The translations under genes and the position numbers were made by a program. A DNA stretch of 64,000 nt from Folioceros fuciformis. Taxonomy: Eukaryota. Shown one piece after another: positions 23,723 through 33,672 of the stretch. Position 1 is the stretch's first letter. Every line of letters begins with the position of its first letter. The DNA lies in assembly GCA_049999805.1 (NCBI GenBank), contig JBNGIO010006163.1:64107-128106 (forward strand). The letters run 5' to 3'. The notes beneath the pieces were generated by a model. The model had not been told where the DNA came from. It was given only the letters and a program-made list of their open reading frames with translations, and did not search any database.

Positions 23723-25291
23723 CTACCTGGCCGTGGCAGTGGAGGCAGTCTTGAGGCCCAGCAGGCGGCGGCAAGTGTGAAGAATGCCCTTCTTCTTCTT
23801 TGGGGGAACAGCCCAGGCTGGGACAGCATACCTGCCGTTTGCGGGATCCGTCCAGTGGGAAGCAACCCTAAGCTTGGAGCATGCCTGGCAGATGTTCGTG
23901 TCCTCTGGGCCAGGTACTCCCTTGACGTGCACTTCGAGGCCTCGCCCGCAGGTGGAGCACTGTAAGATGTGGGACTGCTCTCGCATAGAGTAAACCCTGG
24001 CAGAGGTTAAGGCCGCCCTGCTGGGAACCTGATCCCGCACCGACGCTGCGCGTTGCAGCACAGCAGCAGCAGTCATGCCCGCATTCCTGTCCCTTTCTCC
24101 CACTGAGGATGACCGGTAGCCGAAGTCCTCGTCCGGATCCGATGCAGGGAGTGAGACGCGGTCGTAGCGCATGGACTGGGAATGCCCCTTGCTCCACAAA
24201 CGATGCTCCGGCTGCTGCTCCCAGCTGCCCTGTCGGTCATTGCTGTTGGAAAACACCGGTGTGGAGTAGTCCGGCCCCTGCGCCTGGTGGAACCTCTGGT
24301 AACTGGACCTGGAAGAGGCTGATGTCAGGTGACCCTCGCGAAGTGAGAGAGCACGCTGCACGGCGGCGCCGAGGGAAGATGGCATTTCATCCCTGTCCCT
24401 GTCCATGTTGGGTACCGAGATCGGCTCCTCCCCGAAGCCTCCTCCTCTACCTCTGCTGTAGCCGTTCCCGTTAGCCCGCTCCATGTTCGCGGAGCTCCTC
24501 TCGAATGGATTCGTCCACGTGCCCGGCCCGTTGAACACGTTCCTGGAGTCATGAGCAGGTGCAAGGCTGGAGTCGGGAACGTGATTCTGGTGCCTCTCAA
24601 ACGGATTAGTGCTACCCCTGAAATGCGTCTCCAAGGTGGGAGCATACCCTCCCGCATCCCGCATGGAAGCTGATCTCTGCACAGCGGCGGCCCAGGAGCC
24701 TTCGTCCCTTGTGGAAGCAGCTTTGTGGGCGGAGAAAGTGGAAAGCCAGTCGGACTCATGGCCGCTCCCCCTCCCCCTCCCCCCCCACGGATCCACCTTC
24801 TCTCCCTCCCCCTCCCCCGACTCCTTCTCCCACTCTCCTCCACCATCAGCAAGGCGGGAATACTTGGACTGCTTGCTCGACTCCCTGAAAGAGGTCACCC
24901 TGTGCAGCGTCGCTCCGAACCGGCCCCCTCCATATTCCGAGGGCCCGTTCTGAGCTGCTTTTCTCTGGACACTCTTCTCCCGCACGCCATCCGCGCTCTC
25001 ATCCAAATCCGGCACTTCCTTGGCCGCCTTCCTTCCCGCTGGCGAGGCATCCGCGTTCCCCTTGGGATTCGCATCCTTCTCAGCGGCATCGCTCCCTCCC
25101 TCATCCGGTGAGCCGGAGGACGGCGGCCCTGATCCGGGGGACACGCTCCCGGAACTGGCAACCGGAGTGTGAGCTTGCGGCCCGAGCTTCCCGAAGGAAA
25201 CCGGATCATGATCCTCCCCCCGGAAGAGGTAGGAGTCTCGTTCGGTGTACTCCTGCTCCCCGGAGGCGCGGAGGCGATTGTACCGAGGCAT
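23723..25291 (-). CDS. Uncharacterised disordered protein with repeated RxxS motifs and a C-terminal CxxC...CxxC
   Basis: Intronless ORF of ~520 aa from ATG MPRYNRL, ending KKKKGILHTCRRLLGL. That ending resembles a small plant family of unknown function (recalled, not searched). Confidence 0.75.
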   Translation of the reverse strand: MPRYNRLRASGEQEYTERDSYLFRGEDHDPVSFGKLGPQAHTPVASSGSVSPGSGPPSSGSPDEGGSDAAEKDANPKGNADASPAGRKAAKEVPDLDESADGVREKSVQRKAAQNGPSEYGGGRFGATLHRVTSFRESSKQSKYSRLADGGGEWEKESGEGEGEKVDPWGGRGRGSGHESDWLSTFSAHKAASTRDEGSWAAAVQRSASMRDAGGYAPTLETHFRGSTNPFERHQNHVPDSSLAPAHDSRNVFNGPGTWTNPFERSSANMERANGNGYSRGRGGGFGEEPISVPNMDRDRDEMPSSLGAAVQRALSLREGHLTSASSRSSYQRFHQAQGPDYSTPVFSNSNDRQGSWEQQPEHRLWSKGHSQSMRYDRVSLPASDPDEDFGYRSSSVGERDRNAGMTAAAVLQRAASVRDQVPSRAALTSARVYSMREQSHILQCSTCGRGLEVHVKGVPGPEDTNICQACSKLRVASHWTDPANGRYAVPAWAVPPKKKKGILHTCRRLLGLKTASTATAR

Positions 25292-26582
25292 TGTCGGGAT
25301 AGTAGGGACGGTCGGGGAGAATGGAATTCGCACTCACAAAATCACCCTTCTCCAGCAGCGCTGCAACCAAACGTGACACCTTATCAAGAAGAGCAATCCC
25401 GCAACTCCGAACCGCCAGAAATCGTCCAAGCTCACAGCTCCAGCAAGCTCCACGCAATGCTACAAGAATTTCGCACGGAACGCGATCCCGGAAGCCCACT
25501 CTCCTCTCCTTTCCTCTCCAACACAAATCAAAAAGCGAACGACACTGATTCCGCACAGAATGGGATGCCGGAACCCGGCGATCCCTCTCCTCACCAACAC
25601 CAAATGCAGCACAACGACACAAGGCAATGAGATCCAGCACACTCGCAAACACGGCTCGGTCAAGGCCTACGCAGAAGCGCGCTCTCCACCAATGCGGTAA
25701 ACGTGCAAAGCGCTCCACCCGCCAGAATGCAAGTGTCCAATTGTCGGTCCGCGCTTGATTCACGCGCCGCGCTGCGATGGCGCTCCAGCAGGCAACAGCA
25801 GATCGCGCAGGCGGGAGCCCGGCCAATGCGGGCAACAAGCTAAACAAGGCGGGCCCGAGGAACCTTTCTTCGTCCCCGACCAGGTCGTGGCCCAAAAAGT
25901 AAATAAACGCCAGCGAGAGAGCATGAAATGTTTTTGAACTGGGAGCCCTGAGGCCGAAGCAAAATCAAAACCAAACCTCCTTCCCTCTGCCTGCCGACTT
26001 TCCGCCGAGCGGGAGGGACAGGGACCGGGGACAGGGACCGGGACCCGGGACGGAACAGAACGGCAGAGAGCCCTAAAATCATGACGTCACAGTCACATAT
26101 AATGACGAGGTTTTATTAATCTCCCGAAAATCAGCCACAATCGTGTCGGGAGCGAGACGCTCATGGCAAAGCAGCCCCATAATTGTTCCGCGAATCCCGC
26201 AAAATCCCCCACCTTATCATAACAGAAGCGCGGCCCCACAGCAAACCCAAACCCGAAGCATTGATAAATCCGGACATTTGATAATAAATCCTGTCCCGGG
26301 TGACCCGGCCGGCCGGCCCAGCCCGGTCCTGACGCGGCCTGTCCTTTCTTGCGGACCGTAACCGTCAGAGGCGTTGCCGGTTCACGTGACATGAAGAGAA
26401 GCAGCAGCAGAAGGCAGGAAGGCAGCAGGGGCCCCGGCCATGGAGTCGTTCGAATCGGGTGGCGTTTCGGGCTGTGCTGTGCTCCACCCACCAGCACACC
26501 ACCCACCCGGGTGAGAGACACACTGCACATCTACGAGATACAACAATGTGATGTGAGATTGTGAGGTGCGGAGCAGGTGGCT

Positions 26583-27167
26583 ATGGCGGGCAGGAGCGCC
26601 AACCAGTTCCACCATCTGTCGCACAGTTTCGGAAACGGGTACTACACCAGCCCCAAATTCCACTACGGCATTAACCCCACCGTGCCCAGATTCTACCACG
26701 GCAACCAGATCACAAGCTACATCCTCTTCCTTGGCAAGTACAATGGCTTCCGGCCCAGGAACCCCGTGCTGGAGCCCAATCCCAACAGGGTGCTCTTGGA
26801 GCGGGAAGGTCGGAGCTGGGAGAGCCCGACGAAGCTGAAGCCGCTGCCAAACCCTAGCGTCACCACGGTCATCCAGCACAACGATGGCGGCGGGAAGCAC
26901 AGGCTGGCCCGCAGGAACCTCATTTACATGCGGGAGAACGCTCCCGCCCCAGAGGACATTCGCAGGCTGCAGGCCATGGAGGCGGTGGAGATGAGGATTC
27001 GGCGGAGGAGCCAGCGGGAGCTGGAGAAGGCGCAAGAAAGGAGGCGGAGCTCCGCGATGGCACCACCTCCTGCCAAACCTCCTGCTAATCCTGGAAAGGT
27101 GAACACGGGAGGCAGTGGCAGTGCACGGGTGCGGTTCCAGTTGCCCCGCCCCTGCCCTGCCGCCTAG
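26583..27167 (+). CDS. Hypothetical basic protein, 194 aa, intronless
   Basis: ATG-initiated ORF with strongly GC-ending codons (MAGRSANQFHHLSHSFGNGYYTSPKFHYG...). No domain recognised. Confidence 0.65.
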   Translation: MAGRSANQFHHLSHSFGNGYYTSPKFHYGINPTVPRFYHGNQITSYILFLGKYNGFRPRNPVLEPNPNRVLLEREGRSWESPTKLKPLPNPSVTTVIQHNDGGGKHRLARRNLIYMRENAPAPEDIRRLQAMEAVEMRIRRRSQRELEKAQERRRSSAMAPPPAKPPANPGKVNTGGSGSARVRFQLPRPCPAA

Positions 27168-27324
27168 TTCCAGGAGCCGGGCCAGTACACATGTACATAC
27201 CTACACGCCTACTGGGCGAGGGGGGGCCACGGGGGTTCCGTCTCCAGCTCCCGTCGCACGAGGCTATGGCGAGTACAGTGGGGCCCCGGGGAGATTTGTG
27301 TCAGGAGTCGACTTTCGTAAGCCA

Positions 27325-27404
27325 GGCCAGGGCCAGGGCCAGGGCCAGGGCCAGGGCCAGGGCCAGGGCCAGAGCCAGCGCCAGAGCCAGGGCCAGAGCC
27401 AGGG
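27325..27404. repeat. (GGCCAG)n hexamer microsatellite
   Basis: About 13 adjacent GGCCAG/AGCCAG units, probably in the 3' UTR of the preceding gene. Confidence 0.9.
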
Positions 27405-28439
27405 CAAGGCCCTCGGGTATGAATGCATGTACCTTGCCCGTAAGGATCACAGCTGCCGGGCATTGGTTTCTCACATCTCAAGGCAGGCTGCAGCTGATGA
27501 GCCAAGGCCTGGCTGTTGCCAGTTGAGGGAGAGCGTGAGCGTGCACCTACACCCGCTGGGTCGGACATGATGAGGTGCGCTCATCCCGACTCTGCTGTGA
27601 GCGCAACGTGCCAGGTTGTTGCGTTAGACCAGACAAGTTGCGGGACCGCGTCACCTTCCCCTGCTTCTTCTTCCACCGGCCTCATTCCTGCCCTCCAGCA
27701 AAATGCTTTGTATATGGTCGCGTTAACGAGACTTCGGATCAGGCCTGCAGCGGAAGCGTGCAGCACACACATCTTTCAACGTGGACTTGCAGACATACAT
27801 GCATTTTGTGTACAGCCAGGCCCAGGCCGGAATGTGTGCTCCACGCAATCATTAATCCAACAACAGTCGGTATCGTGCTGAGCGCTGGGTCTAGCAGCGC
27901 GGCCTGGCCACCTTGGAGACTGGCTCCCACACGCATACCCATGCAACAGCCAATAAGTGGGGTAAAAAGGTTGATGACGCCCCAGCTCCCTTCCTTTCTT
28001 CGTGAAACCAGTGCTGACATGACTGCATGTTCCAGGAGGGTTTGCTTGTTGGGAACTCAGGAGCATATGCTTTCTGTCTGCCCGATCCATGTTCCCTCAG
28101 AACACCTTTCCTTCTTGTCACCTTCCTACGTGACTCATTTGCCTGTTTTGTTCAGAAGCTCGTCACCTTTACGTGGTATGGCACACATACTTGCTCGCAT
28201 CCACAAAGGATCGGGAAACTGTTCACGCCAATCCTTCACGTGGCAGCTGCCTCCCATTTGCATTTGAATCTGTGCACGGCTGCAGCCAGCCCGAGAGCGG
28301 CAGCAGCTGGAGACTGGCACGTTAAGCTTGTGCATACAGTAATGTACAGTTCCCTGGTGGCACCTGTCACCACCCTGTTAGCACGCTGCACTCAGCTCAA
28401 GCGACATTACACTGCTCTCACACACACAAAACTGCGGTA

Positions 28440-29295
28440 TTTGATTTGCAGTGCACCCCCGAAACTCCTTGGAGCTCCGTAGACCAAACTCCATGGCGCA
28501 ATCCATAAGGCCGAACTCCATCCAACCTCATTCCACTTAAGCTCCGGAAGCTCACATTGTTCAGCTGGAGGTCCGGACCTTGCACTGGAATGAGTCCAGG
28601 CATTGTACCAGTTTTACGTGCTCAACCGCTCCTGCCACTGAAATGGAAGGAGCTCCACGAAGACGTACACATTAAGCAGTCTGCTCCTACAAAATCAACC
28701 AGGATGCTTCAACACAACCAACCAGAATGCTCCAACACCGACTAACTCACCACCCCAGTCCTCTGCACAGTCCCAGAATTGCAATCACACGATTTCCTAG
28801 GGGATTCCAACTCGTAGACCAAACTCCACCGACCGCAGCGCAGTGAAGCTCCGGATCCTCAGATTGTTCATCTGAAGGTTCGGATCTTGACTGGGATGAG
28901 GTCAGGGGTTGCCCCAGTTTCACTTGCTCGACGGCTCCTGCCGCTAATGTGGAAAGGGTTCCACAACGCCCCTACCCATCAACAAGAATGCTCCAACTCC
29001 GGCCAACGCACCACCCTATCTTGGACACAATCGCAGACTTGCAATAACGCGATTTACCAGCTGAGCCCAAAGCCTTGGACCAACATCCGAGCTTATGGCA
29101 GTTAAGCTCGGGATCGTCAGATTGTTCATCTAGAGGCAAGGCTTGGATCTTGACTGCTGCCCCAGTTTCTCTTGCTCGACTTCGCCTGTCTCTGACACGA
29201 AGAGGGGCTCAACAATGCCACCCACATCGAAATGCTCCAACACTGACCCATCCACCACCCCGAGTGTACATCCTTGCAATGACGAGATTTGCTAG
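28440..29295. repeat. Diverged tandem triplication with ~250-330-bp units
   Basis: The anchors ATTGTTCA(G/T)CT (~28555, 28863, 29121), CCAGTTT...TGCTC and AATGCTCCAAC (~28725, 28987, 29231) recur in the same order three times. Confidence 0.75.
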
Positions 29296-30098
29296 CCGAG
29301 TCCGACCCGAAGGTTTGTCCACTCAAATGTTGTGGAACCCTGCCAATATCAGCCTTACTTCAAATCCTAGCTTCACGAGCTTGCAACCCTCAGATGACTT
29401 ATCCAGAGGTAAGGAGCTTACCAGAAAGGAAGCTAAAATCATTCCCTAGCGCCACTCCCACCGATCAAGCTAGTAAAGGAACTTCAAAGACACCACCACA
29501 CATGGGGATTAGAAAGCAAAGGAACCCACCGTCCAACCCGCTCTCTCATACCACCACAGTTTGAAGATCAGAACCACACTGCCTGCAAGAAGACGAGCAT
29601 CTGATTGGATCATGAAGTTGTCCAAGCTGCAACAATTCCCTCACGGAAACCTGCCGATTGCAATCACATCCAGCATGTCTCGGACAAGAAACCGGGATGA
29701 GCAACATCATGAAATACCAAGAAGCAGGCAACCAAAAGATGTTTTAAACAGTGAATAATGAGACGAACGAGAGACTGGGACGCCTGTCTGCAGCCAAAGG
29801 TCAAATTGCAAACCCGAAGTTCACGGCACAGTGCGGAGACTTACGGGTGGCCACCCTCCCCTGGGTTCTCGTCTTTAACAACCGGGTTTAAGACATGATG
29901 GGGAAGCTTGAAGTGCTTGCAGATTGCGGATTGCTGCCCGGCGGCGTATCCACGAAAGCCAAAGGACATGAAAGGCGGGAGCAGGAATGCTCTCTTCATA
30001 TCTCGCAGTAGCGATGCGACTGCTTACACCGCTGAGGAGGCTGCCGTCACTATGGCAGCGACTGGGCCTCCGCCTCGCTCTCCGCCTGGAGCATGTAG

Positions 30099-31768
30099 AT
30101 GGCTCTGACCTTCCAGGTGGACGACGTCCTCGACATCCCCGACATCCCTCCTCTGGACTGGAAGAGCCCGTTCGAGGAGGACGTGTTTGCGATCAGGGAC
30201 GGAGAGACCTACTCCCAGCGCCTGGACCGCCTCGCTCTCAAACATGGCTTCCGCGGCTTCATGCACTGGACCAGCGGGGACTTCTACTGGGGCGAGTGGG
30301 TGCGCAACAAGCGAGAAGGTAGGCAAGGCGGGCGGGCAGGCAGGGAAGGAAGGAAGGAGGAATGGGAGGCCAAGTAGCAAAGTGAGTCGTGGTGGCCTTG
30401 CGGGCTGCTGCTGGGCACTTGGGCAGGTGATGCAGAGCTGACAGCAGGGAGCGGGCTGTGATGGTGGTGGGTGGTGTGCAGGGAGAGGCATCCACGTGTA
30501 CAAGAACGGGAACCGCTATGAAGGAAGATGGAAAAACAACAAGAGAGAAGGACAGGGGATTTTCTGGGTGATTGACGAAGGCAACAAGTACAAGGTGCGG
30601 TACCGGGGCGCCTGGAAGGACAACCTGTTTGAGGTGAGTTGTGTGCTGGCCTTGGCAGCGATAATAAAGCTTCGCAGCAGCAGCACAGCAAACTGCCTTC
30701 TCTGGTGCATGCCCACAGGTAGAGTGTACATCCTGATGGTTGATTCATGTCAGCATCACGAGTGTAGGGCAAAGGACAGCTGAATGGCGAGTGTGGGGAG
30801 AAGTATGAGGGCAGGTTCAAGAAGGGCATGCGGCATGGCCTTGGCAAGCAAAAGTACTTTGCAGGCATTCCGGGCTGCTACCACGAGTACCACGGCGAGT
30901 GGAAGGAGAATGAGCGCCACGGCATTGGCACTCTCAAGATGGGTAACTTCCAATGCAACCACCTCCTGGAACTCTCCTTCCCTGTCCCCTGTGTGCACGC
31001 AAAACCCGTTGTTCCTCCTTCTTCGTCCTTCTCTCCCTCCCAGTGGAGGCTGATGTGCTGCTGTTTTTTCGGCTTCCTCCTGCTGGCTCCGCTCCCTCGG
31101 ATTGGAGGTTGCCGGAACCTTTTTCTCGCTTGTTCCTTCTGTGGTAGCTCCGTGTGACTGGAGGTTGTTTCTTTCGCGTCTTCCTACTCCGGGTAGGCGG
31201 TATTGGAATGTGTGCATGCCTTTCCTTCTTCCTTCGCGTTCCCGGTGTTGAGGGACATGATCTGAAGTTCCTGCAATCACAAACTCTACTCTGGAGGTCG
31301 AGTAGAGCTTGTCCTCCTTTTTTTTTCTCGTGTCTTCTTTTTCCCCGTTGGCTTTCGTCCGCTGTTGGATTTCTTGTCCTCCTCCTTGTGTCACTGGGAG
31401 GCTCTGGTTTATGAAGTGGACCATCTCCTCCTCATCCCGGGTTTGGATTTGAGGTCGGAGTGAGTTGAAATTGCTCCTTCCTGCTTCCATGTGTCTGACT
31501 GGGGAGATGGAGTGCGCTGGTGACAGCAAATGGCGATGTGTACGAGGGCAACTTTTACGAGGGCGTGAAGGAGGGCCCAGGGGTGTATTACTTCGCGGAC
31601 CTGACGGCCAAGTATGAGGGAGTGTGGAAGGGCGACATGCTCAAATGTGGCTCCTACGTGAAGCCCAAGAGGACTGTGGACAACGTGTTGCCCATAGCGG
31701 AGGTGGCGCGTCACACCCTTCTGACGCAGGATATCATGAACGAGGTTTTGCAGACAACCTCGGTTTGA
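30099..31768 (+). CDS. MORN-repeat protein, MORN3-like (cilia/sperm associated), 4 exons
   Basis: Spliced MORN repeats GDFYWGEWVRNKRE|GRGIHVYKNGNRYEGRWKNNKREGQG, YRGAWKDNLFE|GKG, YEGRFKKGMRHGLG, YHGEWKENERHGIG and NGDVYEGNFYEGVKEGPGVY...YEGVW..DMLKCG. The layout resembles MORN3. Confidence 0.8.
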
Positions 31769-32511
31769 AGCTAAGCCGATTTCCTTATCTCAGCGAGCCA
31801 CATCAACCATGATGTCTCTCAACAGTTTTGCAGCAGCTCATGACCTTCACTGGACTTTTCACCCTTGCTTGCTTGTATCACAAATCCAGTGCAGTCTCGG
31901 AGATCCCCGGGCTCACATCCTTCCGGGAGGGCATGAACATTCACCAGCCCTGCCGTTCCAAGTGAGATGCATGGCAATCCTACTTCCACCTACACCCCAG
32001 TCGCTTCCGACTATCTGAGAAGCGGCAAATTCTAGTCTACGGCTGTGACGAGAAGCAAACAGCAGCAACCATCAAACATCAGAATCAAATCCTTCGCATC
32101 TTGTGAATTGGCCACTCGTACGCACAGGGACCAGTGTAGGAGAGAGACCGGTGTGGGAGTGGTGTAGATCTGGGACTAGGTCACACAGCTGATCTTGCTT
32201 GACCACGTAGAAGCACAGGCTGTCGCGTCCATAGTGTGCACCATATAGCGAGTTTTTGTGTTTATCTGGGGCAAGTCGGAATCACAGGTCGCCCGGTGAG
32301 GAAGTTCCGCGGTTGTTTCTGCTGGCCTTAGAGTCTCGAAGTGGTGAACTCTGGCTACTCCAGGTTTCCATTTTCCGCTAGCGCGACGTCGCCTCTCTCA
32401 GTGCATCGCCCTCAATCCCGGTGTGGCTTTGGCAAGACCTGGGAGATTGTGTTGTCCACTTTTGAGCCCTAACATCTGCCGAGTCCCGGTGTAGTGAAGT
32501 AACATCTGTTT

Positions 32512-33448
32512 GTGACACCGCGTAGGGTAGGCTGGTGCTCTCGTTCAACCGGACCAGGTGTTCAGCTGACAGGTCTTACATTGCAAGGGAGGGTTACTGT
32601 GGGTACTGTGGCCGAAGCTTTCACTTCCTCGCTGCTGCCCAAGGAGGATTTCGTGAACAATGATATCCGCAGCAGGTTGCTGTGCACTTACTGCGGTCGT
32701 CCGGATGCAGCGCGCATCGTTGCGATGGCCACGAAGTTGGAGGTTCCAGTGAAGCGCCCGTTGTGTAGTATCCCAGATCATGAATGCTCAAGGCAGTGTT
32801 CTTGAATCTTACCTCCAACACAAGGAGACTCAGTGTACCAGCAACATCTCGGACCCGTGACGTACAGGGGTTACCAAAGTATGCGGGGAAGAACAACTCT
32901 GTGACCATAATAGGTCCTCATCTACTACCTTCACTTGCGCATGGGGAGCACGGGATCCTTTGCAGAGGGGATATTCTCATGGCAGAGATCACGTCCAGAA
33001 GCAGGACCTGCAAAGTGTGCACTATGGACACATGGATCGAATTCTGTTTGCTCTTAAATGAAGACGGCTTGGAATTCCCGGCTGTGGGACATGTAATGGA
33101 TGGCACCGGTACGTGCTGCTAGGGGCTTCTGCAAATGATCCGGGCAACACAGATCGGGAGAGCCATGGGATTCCCATATCGGATGCTGACGACAATACTG
33201 GGCATTCGAGGGGTTGTATGCCCTCATGGCATGGTTGTTCGGGAGGGGCTGTGTTCTCTGTATCGAGTGGCAGACTGGTAAGTACTGACGTGGGAAATGA
33301 TTCCTGTGCATCAGCAGCAAATGGTTATGAAACTCTACACCACCTGAAGTCCCGTTGTAAATCCAGATCTCACTGTGTTCCGGTGCTACCGTTAGTCTTC
33401 CAAGCCACTCAAATCTGTCAGGGCAAGCGAGGAGACTCATTGCATTGA
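32512..33448 (+). pseudogene. Frameshifted intronless trypsin-like serine protease
   Basis: Three overlapping ORFs give TIIGPHLLPSLAHG (His motif), IEFCLL (position of the Asp motif) and, after a frameshift, YVLLG...GCSGGAVFSVSSGRLV (catalytic Ser motif). Confidence 0.6.
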
Positions 33449-33672
33449 CCTTTGTAACAAGATCTTTATTAAAATATTACAGCTCTTTCAGAAGGCACTG
33501 TCAGCAGCTGCACCGGTGGAAATCAGACATTTGGCATCCCGAGCTTGATATGTATCTGGATTTAAGGGCGATTCCGCAATCTGTAGAATCCCAGTGGTAC
33601 AGTGTTGGGTTGTTAGATACCCTTGTGCGGGTTTATTTTAGTTTTAAAATATTTCCTAGGTATGGCCAGTAG

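Noticed and set aside
27115..27570. GQGQ / ARAR / GPGP repeat proteins
   Set aside because: Translations of a hexamer microsatellite, probably in a 3' UTR.
30756..31529. 257-aa minus-strand ORF
   Set aside because: Antisense to a MORN exon and its pyrimidine-rich intron; low-complexity translation.
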